Assembly (NCBI GenBank): GCA_045589615.1
Contig: JAZNPL010000031.1
Span: forward strand, 38,251 to 102,250
From: Christensenellaceae bacterium
GTDB lineage: Bacteria > Bacillota > Clostridia > Christensenellales > Borkfalkiaceae
Direction of reading: 5' to 3'
Length of the DNA: 64,000 bases
A program made the position numbers and the translations under genes. Under the pieces are notes generated by a model that ran no database searches, had not been told where the DNA came from, and saw only the letters and a list, made by a program, of their open reading frames with translations. Positions 38,089 to 46,294 of the stretch are shown one piece after another (position 1 is the stretch's first letter; each line of letters opens with the position of its first letter).

Positions 38089-38295
38089 AATTTTTACCTC
38101 CCGCACTTATTCGGCTTGCCATAAAGCAAGCAAGGTTTTTTGCTTATTTTCGACGATTACGCTTATCATAAGCCATTAAATAATAACAAAATTTTATTAA
38201 GTTGTCAACTTTAAATGCAAGAGAACTTGAATTTTATCATAATTTGTATTATAATATATTCGCCTTAAGGCACTACACTACAAGCGAAGGTTTTT

Positions 38296-39171
38296 ATGTT
38301 AGATTTTATAGTCAACCCATCTGCCGGTGGAAAAGACGGTAAGAAAATTAAAAAAGCACTCCCGAAAATCGAAAAATATCTTTATGAAAAGGGTGTCGAT
38401 TACCTAATTCATATGACCAAAATGCCCAACCAAGCAACCGAAATGACTGCTTCGTTAATAAAAAACGGTGCAACCGACATAATCGTTGTCGGTGGGGACG
38501 GTACGCTTCACGAAGTCATAAACGGCTTTTCCGATTTCGATAGGGTTAATATGGGTATCATCCCTTGTGGCACGGGTAACGACTTCGCTTCTGCTATCGG
38601 CTTGCCATTAGACCCTGTTGAAGCATTAAAATTAATCGTTGATGGAACGCCTAAATATACCGACTTTATGCAAATGCCAACCGTTAGGGGGCTAAACGTT
38701 ATCGGTATGGGTATCGACGTTGACGTTTTGAAACGCTACGAAGCGTTGAAAAAGAAAACTAAGTTTAAATACACCACTTGCCTAGTAAAAACCTTGTTTG
38801 ATTTTGAATATTCTGATTTCGACTGCGTTATGAACGGCAACAAAACGCATTATCGTTCGTTTATCGCTTGCATTGCAAACGGAAATCGCTACGGTGGTGG
38901 TATTCCCATTTGCCCCGTCGCTGACCCAACTGACGGTAGTTTAGACTTCCTTGCAGTTAAGGAAATTAAACGCATTAAAATCATTGGTGCGTTCTTAAAA
39001 CTAAAGAAAGGCAAGATTTTAGAATTGCCACAATCGATACACGAAAAAATGACCGAAATCAAAATCGAACTACCAGTAGAACACTACACCGTCAACGTGG
39101 ACGGCGAACTTTACGAAGACATACCGTTTGAAGTAAAAGTAGTGTCCAACACCTTAAAAGTTTATAGATAA
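38296..39171 (+). CDS. diacylglycerol/lipid kinase family (YegS/DagK-like)
   Basis: NPSAGG, VVGGDGTLHEV and PCGTGNDFA motifs. Confidence 0.85.
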   Translation: MLDFIVNPSAGGKDGKKIKKALPKIEKYLYEKGVDYLIHMTKMPNQATEMTASLIKNGATDIIVVGGDGTLHEVINGFSDFDRVNMGIIPCGTGNDFASAIGLPLDPVEALKLIVDGTPKYTDFMQMPTVRGLNVIGMGIDVDVLKRYEALKKKTKFKYTTCLVKTLFDFEYSDFDCVMNGNKTHYRSFIACIANGNRYGGGIPICPVADPTDGSLDFLAVKEIKRIKIIGAFLKLKKGKILELPQSIHEKMTEIKIELPVEHYTVNVDGELYEDIPFEVKVVSNTLKVYR

Positions 39172-39189
39172 AAGGTAAAATTGATTATC

Positions 39190-39219
39190 AAACTCGCTTT
39201 TTTGTAAAGCGAGTTTTTG
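39190..39219 (+). terminator. terminator after the lipid kinase gene
   Basis: AAACTCGCTTT-loop-AAAGCGAGTTT followed by a T-run. Confidence 0.7.
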
Positions 39220-39233
39220 TTTTGCCTACAAAA

Positions 39234-39501
39234 AACTGCTTGATAAAATTTTTTATATGTGATATACTACTTACGTCACACGAACTAAATATGAAAGCAA
39301 GACTAAACTAGGGAATATTTTATTGTTTTAATGGAAATACTCTCGTTGAAATAATTTGTTAAAAATGCAAATTCCAACAACGGGAGTGCTTAGTCATTGC
39401 TTTTGTTCGTGTGACAACGACGGGATTTGCGTTTTATGTGCGGCAACTCTCGTTGTCGCATTTTTTTATTAAAGGAGAAACAGTATGAAGAAAAAAGTTA
39501 C
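39234..39501 (+). ncRNA. structured RNA module 1: promoter, ~190-nt folded RNA, terminator, 8-codon stub
   Basis: TTGATA (39240), 17 nt, TATACT (39263). P1 GTCACACGAAC/GTTCGTGTGAC (39275-85/39405-15). P2 39294-306/39390-403. P3 39339-48/39378-87. Terminator TGCGGCAAC-TCTC-GTTGTCGCA plus T7 (39439-67). Then AGGAG and ATGAAGAAAAAAGTTACAACTGCTTGA. Confidence 0.6.
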
Positions 39502-39769
39502 AACTGCTTGATAAAATTTTTTATATGTGATATACTACTTATGCGAAACAAACTAAATAGCAAAAATGAGCGACATTTTTTAATTTTAGGGGATTTTTAT
39601 ACCTTTTTTTGTGCATTCTATCTTTACGGATTTGATAAAACTGCAAATTCCACCGGATAGAATCGCAAGTTCGCTCTTGTGCTATTAACGGTTTGTTTCG
39701 CAACAACGGAGTTTGCGTTTTTGTGCGGCAACTCTCGTTGTCGCATTTTTTTATTAAAGGAGAAACAAC
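39502..39769 (+). ncRNA. structured RNA module 2 (leader of the 77-aa ORF)
   Basis: Its promoter block is identical to module 1 (39502-41). P1 TGCGAAACAAAC/GTTTGTTTCGCA (39542-53/39691-702). P3 ATTCTATC/GATAGAAT (39615-22/39656-63). The terminator (39724-52) and RBS are identical to those of module 1. Confidence 0.6.
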
Positions 39770-40003
39770 ATGAGGAAAAAAGTTACAAACGAAGACGTTG
39801 GTGTACTTTTCAAAAAAGTTGCCGACCAAGTAAAAAGCGAAATGGACTATGATTTTAGGGTTGCACAAAGTCAAATGTATCTTGCCGAAAACGATTTGAT
39901 TGAAACCTTAGACGAAAATCAAAAGAAATTATATCGTGATTATTTAGATAAAAGAGACGTGTTTTATGCAATAGCAAAAGAACTTTACGTAAGAAAATTT
40001 TAA
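39770..40003 (+). CDS. small helical hypothetical protein (77 aa)
   Basis: AGGAG RBS. MRKKVTNEDV...ETLDENQKKLYRDYLDKRDVFYAIAKELYVRKF. It resembles small Clostridial proteins of unknown function. No family is assigned with confidence. Confidence 0.55.
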   Translation: MRKKVTNEDVGVLFKKVADQVKSEMDYDFRVAQSQMYLAENDLIETLDENQKKLYRDYLDKRDVFYAIAKELYVRKF

Positions 40004-40010
40004 AACTTAA

Positions 40011-40039
40011 AAGAGCCAAGTTTGGCTCTTTTATTTTTG
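40011..40039 (+). terminator. terminator after the 77-aa ORF
   Basis: AAGAGCCAA-GT-TTGGCTCTT followed by TTATTTTT. Confidence 0.7.
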
Positions 40040-40066
40040 TTAAATTATAATTATTTAATCCACAAC

Positions 40067-40146
40067 TTGCCGTTAGGCAAATTTCACTGCGAAGCAATTT
40101 CACTTGCATAAAGCAAATTTCACAAATCCATAAGGATTTATTTCAC
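40067..40146 (+). repeat. array of four contiguous [variable hairpin + ATTTCAC] units
   Basis: TTGCC-GTTA-GGCAA ATTTCAC / TGC-GAA-GCA ATTTCAC / TTGC-ATAAA-GCAA ATTTCAC / AAATCC-ATAA-GGATTT ATTTCAC. There are no gaps between units. Confidence 0.8.
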
Positions 40147-40436
40147 TTTTTTGGAATAGCAACTATCTGACCGTAAAATAGGTATGGAATTTCGCCGTTT
40201 AGACTTTCAAACTCACTGTTTGATAAGCAAAATTTGTTTAGGACTTGTTCTAAGGTTTCAAACGGCTTTACTTGATAGCAATAGGTTGCGTTATCGCAGA
40301 TGAGAAGCAAGTCGCCCGCTTGAATTTCGCAATTTAGACGGTTTAGTTTTATTAGATATAACGGAGATACCTTAAAGGCGTTGGCAACGCTTAATATGGT
40401 ATCTTTTTTTTCTACTCTATAAATAATCTTTTTCAC
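40143..40436 (-). CDS. small protein with two LysM-like repeats
   Basis: YRVEKKDTILSVANAFKVSPLYLIKLN...AGDLLLI and YQVKPFETLEQVLNKF...GQIVAIP. GTG start with no clear RBS, so the start is uncertain. Confidence 0.5.
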   Translation of the reverse strand: MKKIIYRVEKKDTILSVANAFKVSPLYLIKLNRLNCEIQAGDLLLICDNATYCYQVKPFETLEQVLNKFCLSNSEFESLNGEIPYLFYGQIVAIPKK

Positions 40437-40490
40437 GAAAATATTATATTTACATTTTCTGTCGAATAGAATACTTTATAACTATTTTGA

Positions 40491-42026
40491 TTGGAGCAAG
40501 AGATTTTGAAAGGGTTTTTTAAGACCGTAGCAGTAATAACCGTCTTTTCGGTTTGCGAAAAATTTTTAGGGTTTTTATATAGAATTTTTTTATCTAGAAC
40601 AATAGGTTCTGAAGGCATTGGTATTTATCAAGTTGCACTATCAGTGTTTGCATTACTTTTAACGCTAATTTCTTCGGGAACGCCAATCACCGTTTCAAGA
40701 TTAATGACAAAATACAAAGCCGAAAAGGACAACGCACGGGTAGAAAAAGTAGTATCGGCTGGCATTTTCTTTACGCTTTTTCTTGCCCTACCAATTTGCT
40801 TGATTATATACCTATTTAGAAATAGTCTATCGCTAGTTTTTGCAGACCCACGCTGTACGCCCGTATTTTTAATAGTTTTACCGGGTCTAGTTTTCACTTC
40901 GGTTTACGGGGTTATCCGTGGCGTGTTTTGGGGAAATAAAGATTTTTTACCATACAGTATAATAGAACTTTTAGAAGAAATTTGTATGATTTTCGTTGGA
41001 AGCATACTGATTTTATTTTCTAAGTCGGCATACCAAGGAGCAATTTACGCAGGGGTGGCAGTCCTTGTATCGTACGTCTTTTCTTTTTCACTTGCAACAC
41101 TAGTATTTTTCATAAGAAAAAATCGGCTAGTAAACCCCAAGGGCGAACTACTTCCCTTAATCAAGTCTGCAACCCCAATAACTGCTATGCGAACGGTAAA
41201 TTCGCTTGCCGTTTCTTTGGTTTCAATAGTGTTGCCGTTAAGATTAATGCAAGCGGGCTACACCAACGCACAAGCCTTGTCGGCGTTCGGCTCGGCTTCT
41301 GGTCAAGCAATACCGATACTCTTTATTCCCACTACCTTAATCGGTTCGTTCACTTTGGTTTTAGTGCCTGAAATTGCCGAAAACTATTATAAAAACAACC
41401 ATAAAGCACTAAAATTAGATATAGAAAAGGCAATAAAGTTTACCGCCGTTCTATCTTGCGTTTTTATACCACTATTTATCGTTTGTGGCGAAGAAATAGG
41501 CATTTTAATTTTCAATAGCCACGAGTGTGGAAAATATTTAACGGCTTCTGCATTTTTAATGCTATTTATGGGACTTAGTAGCGTTACGACGAGTATTCTC
41601 AATTCAATCGGCTTAGAAAATAAAACGCTTTTCTACTTTATAATAAGTTCGGTCTTTATGCTACTTGCCGTGTGGTTTTTACCGAAATTTATCGGCGTTT
41701 ACGCACTGCTTGTAGGCTTTACTTTCGTGTACGGAATAACTACGGTATTTAATCTTATCCTAATAAATAAAACCTGCAAAATCAAGCCGAAATACCTAAA
41801 ATATCTATCGTCTTGTTGCCTACTTTGTTTACCCACTCTTTTGTTTGGACTATTACTAGAAAAACTACTTCTACCCGTCATTGGAAACAATTTTACATTT
41901 TTAGTGGTAGGCTCGCTTAGTGCATTATTTTCAGTAGCGTTATATTTTGGTTTTGGACTTATCGACTTTAAGTTTATTAAAGAAAAACTGCCAAAATTCC
42001 GCCTTAAAAAACAAAAAATAGCGTAA
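40491..42026 (+). CDS. MOP-superfamily polysaccharide/lipid II flippase (SpoVB/MurJ-like)
   Basis: 511 aa with about 14 TM segments. The N-terminus (FLGFLYRIFLSRTIGSEGIGIYQ) is typical of the SpoVB-type family. TTG start, uncertain. Confidence 0.7.
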   Translation: MEQEILKGFFKTVAVITVFSVCEKFLGFLYRIFLSRTIGSEGIGIYQVALSVFALLLTLISSGTPITVSRLMTKYKAEKDNARVEKVVSAGIFFTLFLALPICLIIYLFRNSLSLVFADPRCTPVFLIVLPGLVFTSVYGVIRGVFWGNKDFLPYSIIELLEEICMIFVGSILILFSKSAYQGAIYAGVAVLVSYVFSFSLATLVFFIRKNRLVNPKGELLPLIKSATPITAMRTVNSLAVSLVSIVLPLRLMQAGYTNAQALSAFGSASGQAIPILFIPTTLIGSFTLVLVPEIAENYYKNNHKALKLDIEKAIKFTAVLSCVFIPLFIVCGEEIGILIFNSHECGKYLTASAFLMLFMGLSSVTTSILNSIGLENKTLFYFIISSVFMLLAVWFLPKFIGVYALLVGFTFVYGITTVFNLILINKTCKIKPKYLKYLSSCCLLCLPTLLFGLLLEKLLLPVIGNNFTFLVVGSLSALFSVALYFGFGLIDFKFIKEKLPKFRLKKQKIA

Positions 42027-42047
42027 ATTTTTACGCTATTCTTTTTG

Positions 42048-43301
42048 TTATTTTTTGGCTTTTATGAACTTTTTTTCTAGTTTTAAATCTTTTAGGTATT
42101 CTACGTACGCCTTGCTGACCTTTTTATTGATTTCCTTTTCCCCGTCGTCTAAAGAATTAAGGTATTGTGCAGTTGGGAAACTCAAAATTTTATTGGCGAT
42201 TATCGACACGGCTTGTGGTTTTTTAAATCGCTTAGTACCGTCAACTAATCGTTGATATTTTTCCTTGTCTAAGGCTAATTTTTCTATTTCTTTAGCAAAG
42301 TTTTTACGTGTAACGACTATTGCACAGCCGTTTTCCACTAAGACGTTGCTATTTTGCTTTTCTTGATAGGGAAGTTTATCTATAATTAGCGACGGCAAGG
42401 AAGCGTTTACCGCTTCGGTAGTAGTTAGCCCACCACCCTTGCCAAACACTATGTCTGACGCAAGGAAATATTTATCAATAACGTCGGTAAAACCTATGTT
42501 AACGTAACGATGCTTAACGTTTAGTTTCGCTACGTCTTGGTCGATAGCCTTTATAGCCTTTTTGTCATTGCCGTTTATAAATATTACTTGAAGTTTTACG
42601 TCGATTTTTTCAAGTTTTTTAATAATTTCGGACTCTCTTAAAGGAAAGAAACTTGCTTTCATAACTACAACCGTAAAAAGTTCATTATCAAGCCCTAATT
42701 CTTGACGCAATTCTTGTTTTGACGCTGGCATAGAAAACTTTTCAGATACCGGTATTCCAGAAACTGCAAGTTGATTTTCGTTAAAGCCCTTTTCGATAAA
42801 GACTTTAATCATATTTTCGTCCGTTAAGAACATACAGTCGGTAGCGAACGCACAACATTCCCAATATGGTGAAACGTCATAGTCTAAGGTTAACGCAACG
42901 ATTTTTGCAGGTATATCGTACGCCATTTTAAGATTGTTTAACGCTATCGTGCAAAATACGTAGGTCGATAGTATAACGTCCGGCTGAAAGTCGTAAATTT
43001 CTTTTAGCATACCTGCAACAACGGCTTGGTTTTGCAAAAAACTCTTATCGATACGCTTTTTACTGTAATCGGTTTTGCCCTCCATTTCAAAAAAGAAATT
43101 GTAGGCGTTAGTAAAGGTTTCGCAAGCGAGAAAATAGCCCTTGCTAATAACCCACTGTTGAATTTTTGGCGCATACTTTTGGTATGCGTCGCTAATAACG
43201 ACTTCTGCCGTAGAGTCTAACTCTAAAATCTTTTCTTTTATTCTATTCGCCGACGAATTATGTCCGTTCCCCGCCGATGCAGTGAATATCAAAATTTTCA
43301 T
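42048..43301 (-). CDS. MGDG-synthase-family (GT28, UgtP-like) diacylglycerol glycosyltransferase
   Basis: MKILIFTASAGNGHNSSANRIKEKI N-terminal signature. 417 aa. Confidence 0.8.
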   Translation of the reverse strand: MKILIFTASAGNGHNSSANRIKEKILELDSTAEVVISDAYQKYAPKIQQWVISKGYFLACETFTNAYNFFFEMEGKTDYSKKRIDKSFLQNQAVVAGMLKEIYDFQPDVILSTYVFCTIALNNLKMAYDIPAKIVALTLDYDVSPYWECCAFATDCMFLTDENMIKVFIEKGFNENQLAVSGIPVSEKFSMPASKQELRQELGLDNELFTVVVMKASFFPLRESEIIKKLEKIDVKLQVIFINGNDKKAIKAIDQDVAKLNVKHRYVNIGFTDVIDKYFLASDIVFGKGGGLTTTEAVNASLPSLIIDKLPYQEKQNSNVLVENGCAIVVTRKNFAKEIEKLALDKEKYQRLVDGTKRFKKPQAVSIIANKILSFPTAQYLNSLDDGEKEINKKVSKAYVEYLKDLKLEKKFIKAKK

Positions 43302-43305
43302 TTGA

Positions 43306-44478
43306 CTAGTTTTTTAATTCCTTTACGAAATTTTTAATTCTCTCTATCGCTTCGACTAATTCTTTCATCGAATAGGCGTAAGAACACCTAATATGTTTTT
43401 CGCCAAACTTGCCGAAAGCCCCACCTGGAACTACGGCTACGTTTGCTTTTTCTAGCAATTTAGTTGCAAATTCTTCGCCCGTCATACCAAGTGATTCTAC
43501 CGACGGGAAAACGTAAAACGAACCAGTTGGCTCAAAACATTTTAGCCCCATTTCGTTGAACGATTTATATAGGTATTTTCTACGCCTATCATATTCTTGT
43601 CGCATTTCTTCAACTACTGCAAAATCGTCAAGCCTACCTTGTTCTAGTGCTTCTAAACTAGCGTACTGAGAAAATATCGGTGCACACATCGTTGCATACT
43701 GATGAATCTTTAACGCTCCCTTTATTATTTCGGTTGGGGCACACATATATCCTATTCTCCAACCTGTCATAGCAAACGCCTTAGAAAATCCGCTTATTAG
43801 CACTACTCTATCCTTTAATTCAGGGAAAGACGCAATAGAGCAATGTTTTTTTCCGTAAGTTAATTCGCCGTAAATTTCGTCGGCGATAATTAAAAGGTCG
43901 TGCTTTAAGATTACGGGTATAATTTCTCTAATATCCGCTTCACTCATCGTAGCACCCGTAGGGTTGTTGGGGTAAGAATAAATCAACGCTTTAGTCTTGC
44001 TCGTTATGGCATTTTCAAGATTTTCACGGGTTAATTTAAACTCGTCTTTTGCACTTGTCGATACGGGTTTTGCCACACCACCACAAAGTGTTACGCACGG
44101 CTCGTACGAAACGTAACTAGGGTCTGGGATTAAAACTTCGTCAAAATCGTCGATAGTTGCACGAAGCGTTATATCTATCGCTTCACTAGCCCCAATGGTA
44201 ACTATAAGATTTTCGGGCGAAAAATCAACCGAAAACCTATTTTTTAAATAGCCTGAAATTTCTTTCCTTAAGGCAGGCAAGCCTTTGTTCGACGTGTATT
44301 GAGTGTATCCCTTTCTAATGCAGTTTACACCTGCTTCTCTAATCTTCCAGGGCGTAACGAAATCGGGTTCGCCAACGCCTAGCGAAATAACGTCTTTTCT
44401 GCTTGCAACAATATCGAAGAATTTTCTTATGCCTGACGGCTTAATTTCTTTGGCTTTTTTACTTACAAAATCTCTCAC
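43306..44478 (-). CDS. class I/II PLP-dependent aminotransferase (AspC-like)
   Basis: SGFSKAFAMTGWRIGY Lys motif, NPTG. 390 aa. Confidence 0.85.
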   Translation of the reverse strand: MRDFVSKKAKEIKPSGIRKFFDIVASRKDVISLGVGEPDFVTPWKIREAGVNCIRKGYTQYTSNKGLPALRKEISGYLKNRFSVDFSPENLIVTIGASEAIDITLRATIDDFDEVLIPDPSYVSYEPCVTLCGGVAKPVSTSAKDEFKLTRENLENAITSKTKALIYSYPNNPTGATMSEADIREIIPVILKHDLLIIADEIYGELTYGKKHCSIASFPELKDRVVLISGFSKAFAMTGWRIGYMCAPTEIIKGALKIHQYATMCAPIFSQYASLEALEQGRLDDFAVVEEMRQEYDRRRKYLYKSFNEMGLKCFEPTGSFYVFPSVESLGMTGEEFATKLLEKANVAVVPGGAFGKFGEKHIRCSYAYSMKELVEAIERIKNFVKELKN

Positions 44479-44966
44479 GCTTGTACTTTTTGTCTCTCAT
44501 TTTCTTTAGAAGGTTTAGTAACTTGACCTTCAATCTTGTATTTTTTAAGGATAAAACTAGTTTGAACGCTAGTTATACCTTCGATTATGCTCAACTTTTC
44601 CGAAATAAACTTAGCAATATCCGCTAAAGAGTCCCCTTCAACGAAAACGGCTAGGTCAAAACTTCCACTCATAAGATAAAGGCTTTTTACTTCGCCAAAA
44701 GAATAAATTTCTTCAGCGTAACTGTCAAAACCCCTTAGTTTTTGTGGTGCAACCTTAACTTCTATAAAGGCTTGAACCTTGCGTTTTGCTAATTTTTCAG
44801 CATCTATAATAGTAGCGTACTTAACGATAACGCCATCTTTTTCCAACTCTTTAACGGCTAATTCTACGTCTTTTTGATCCGCACCCGCCATAAAAGCAAG
44901 TTGTGCATAGTCGTATCTTGCGTTTTCCATAAGCAAAGATAATATTTTTTCTTTTAATGCTTGCAT
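44475..44966 (-). CDS. Lrp/AsnC-family transcriptional regulator
   Basis: 163 aa with an N-terminal HTH and a C-terminal RAM-like domain. It overlaps the aminotransferase start by 4 nt. Confidence 0.75.
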   Translation of the reverse strand: MQALKEKILSLLMENARYDYAQLAFMAGADQKDVELAVKELEKDGVIVKYATIIDAEKLAKRKVQAFIEVKVAPQKLRGFDSYAEEIYSFGEVKSLYLMSGSFDLAVFVEGDSLADIAKFISEKLSIIEGITSVQTSFILKKYKIEGQVTKPSKENERQKVQA

Positions 44967-45076
44967 TATCTTCTCCTTAAAAGGTTTTTTAATATTGTAA
45001 AATTTTTATCTTCTTTTGTCAAGTGCTGGCTTGATTTTTACTTCTTTTTTATGTTACAATGGTTTTAAGGTTAATT

Positions 45077-45337
45077 ATGGTAAGAATTTGGGCGAAAATT
45101 ATTAAAAATAATAAGATAATAAAACAATGCGTTTACGAAAGAGAAGGTCAAACTGACTATTCTCTATTTTACGAATACCTACACGATATCTGTTTAGAAC
45201 TTGACGTTTCTACTCCCGTTTTAATTAAGACTCACTTATTTAACTATGCGAAATATAATAACGTTAAGTTTTTAAAAGAAGATTTTGTCGAAACGGTAGA
45301 TTTTGATAAACTTATCCTAGAAAACGCACTTTTATAG
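45077..45337 (+). CDS. conserved hypothetical protein (86 aa)
   Basis: I start it at MVRIWAKIIKNNKII. The TACAAT -10 at 45055-60 would put the earlier ATG upstream of the transcript start. It resembles a small Clostridial family beginning MRIWA. Confidence 0.5.
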   Translation: MVRIWAKIIKNNKIIKQCVYEREGQTDYSLFYEYLHDICLELDVSTPVLIKTHLFNYAKYNNVKFLKEDFVETVDFDKLILENALL

Positions 45338-45403
45338 ACTTCTCGTTCCCTTTGCGTATAAAATTTTGGGCATTGCCTATAATATACTCAGGAGGGGGAA
45401 ATT

Positions 45404-45619
45404 ATGAAAATAACGACTATTATTGCATTTTCTCTTGTAATTATCGGTGCGTTAGTATGGCTTTTAGTTGGTATATTCGACTTCAACGTAGTGGCGTACG
45501 TATTCGGTCAAGGTACCGGTGCGGTAGTTTCAAGAATAATTTATTCTCTAGTCGGAATTTCAGCGTTATGGCTGATTTTCTATTGGATTTGCTACAATCC
45601 GTTTAGAGCGTTAAATTAA
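45404..45619 (+). CDS. DUF378 membrane protein
   Basis: GGAGGGGG RBS. IIGALVWLLVGIFDFNVVAYVFG is the DUF378 signature. Confidence 0.8.
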   Translation: MKITTIIAFSLVIIGALVWLLVGIFDFNVVAYVFGQGTGAVVSRIIYSLVGISALWLIFYWICYNPFRALN

Positions 45620-45653
45620 TAAAAAGCAAAAACCCTAAAAAGAAAATCCCGAA

Positions 45654-46160
45654 TTATTTTTCGGGATTTTTGTTTTTAAATTTATTTATCTTAAAATAAA
45701 GTATCGTTCCTATGCCGTAAATCGAAAGGCTTTGGCTAATAATCAAAAACAGAACTTGCAAGGGGTATGCGTATTCTAAAATTCCGTATGCGAACTGCCA
45801 TATTACGGGCAGTAAAAATGCGTTTAACATTACGGGAAAAAGCCCACCGATAAAAATTTTTAACTTTGTATTTATTATGGTTTTTCCACTAATTACCGTC
45901 AAAATTCCCGCCATTAAGGTTATAAGGCTTCCAAAAATTACGTCTAGTGGTGCACACGCCCCTAAAAGGTTGGATAGCAAGCACCCCACGAATAACCCTA
46001 TCGCCGTTTCGGGAAATATTAAGGGCAAAACGCACAAGGCTTCTGAAATTCTAAACTGAATAGCCCCACCCATTATTGGCAAGGTTATTAGTGATAGCAC
46101 TACGTAAGCACAAGCAGTTAAGCCTGCCATCGTCAATTTTACGGTTGAATTTTTTTTCAT
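45654..46160 (-). CDS. queT: queuosine-precursor transporter QueT (ECF S component)
   Basis: I start it at ATG 46160 (MKKNSTVKLTMAGLTACAYVVLS...FRISEAL). A preQ1 riboswitch lies directly upstream. Confidence 0.8.
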   Translation of the reverse strand: MKKNSTVKLTMAGLTACAYVVLSLITLPIMGGAIQFRISEALCVLPLIFPETAIGLFVGCLLSNLLGACAPLDVIFGSLITLMAGILTVISGKTIINTKLKIFIGGLFPVMLNAFLLPVIWQFAYGILEYAYPLQVLFLIISQSLSIYGIGTILYFKINKFKNKNPEK

Positions 46161-46204
46161 TAAAAAACCCCTTTTCAACCGAAGAAAAGGGGTAAAATTC
46201 TCTT

Positions 46205-46247
46205 TTTCTCGGTTGTTTTATAGAAGTGTTGTCCGAAAACCTTCTTG
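46205..46247 (-). promoter_or_regulatory. preQ1-I riboswitch
   Basis: Minus strand: AGAAG-GUUUUCGGACAACA-CUUCU-AUAAAACAACCGAGA. The P1 stem, A-rich tail and CCGA:UCGG pseudoknot are as in preQ1-I. It is followed by the hairpin ACCCCUUUUC..GAAAAGGGGU, which contains the RBS. Confidence 0.8.
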
Positions 46248-46253
46248 TCTTAA

Positions 46254-46282
46254 ATTATATCGTTTAATAATTTAGTTGTCAA
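46254..46282 (-). promoter_or_regulatory. sigma-70-type promoter for preQ1::queT
   Basis: Minus strand: TTGACA, a 17-nt spacer, then TATAAT. Confidence 0.6.
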
Positions 46283-46294
46283 CTTTTTTAATTA

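Noticed and set aside
38089-38200. An S6:S18-binding rpsF leader structure.
   Set aside because: Hairpins exist (GCTTA-TGA-TAAGC and GCTTGC-TTTATG-GCAAGC), but I cannot verify the published motif from memory well enough to call it.
39234-39769. Whether the tandem modules are T-box leaders, ykkC-type or other known riboswitches, or 6S RNA.
   Set aside because: There is no T-box sequence (..GGGUGGUACCGCG..), no specifier or AG-bay features, and no ykkC GGUCCGAGAG/ACGR..GGGA blocks. The CUAGGG resemblance is only 6 nt. The internal loop is far too asymmetric for a 6S rod. I left it as an unknown family.
39427-39874. ORFs 39427-39660 (+) and 39539-39874 (-) across the tandem RNA modules.
   Set aside because: They run through promoters, terminators and the repeated flanks, have no RBS, and give implausible translations. 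The region is better explained as structured RNA.
40067-40146. The ATTTCAC heptamers as parS half-sites (parS = TGTTTCAC/GTGAAACA), DnaA boxes, or a mini-CRISPR.
   Set aside because: They form no palindromic 16-mer and carry A where the parS half-site has G. Only one near-DnaA box (TTAATCCACA, 40056-65) is nearby. The units of 16-23 nt are far too short for CRISPR, and there are no cas genes.
45352-45606. An 84-aa ORF overlapping the DUF378 gene in another frame.
   Set aside because: The DUF378 frame has a strong GGAGGGGG RBS and a family signature. The alternative frame is Arg/Ser-rich with no RBS.
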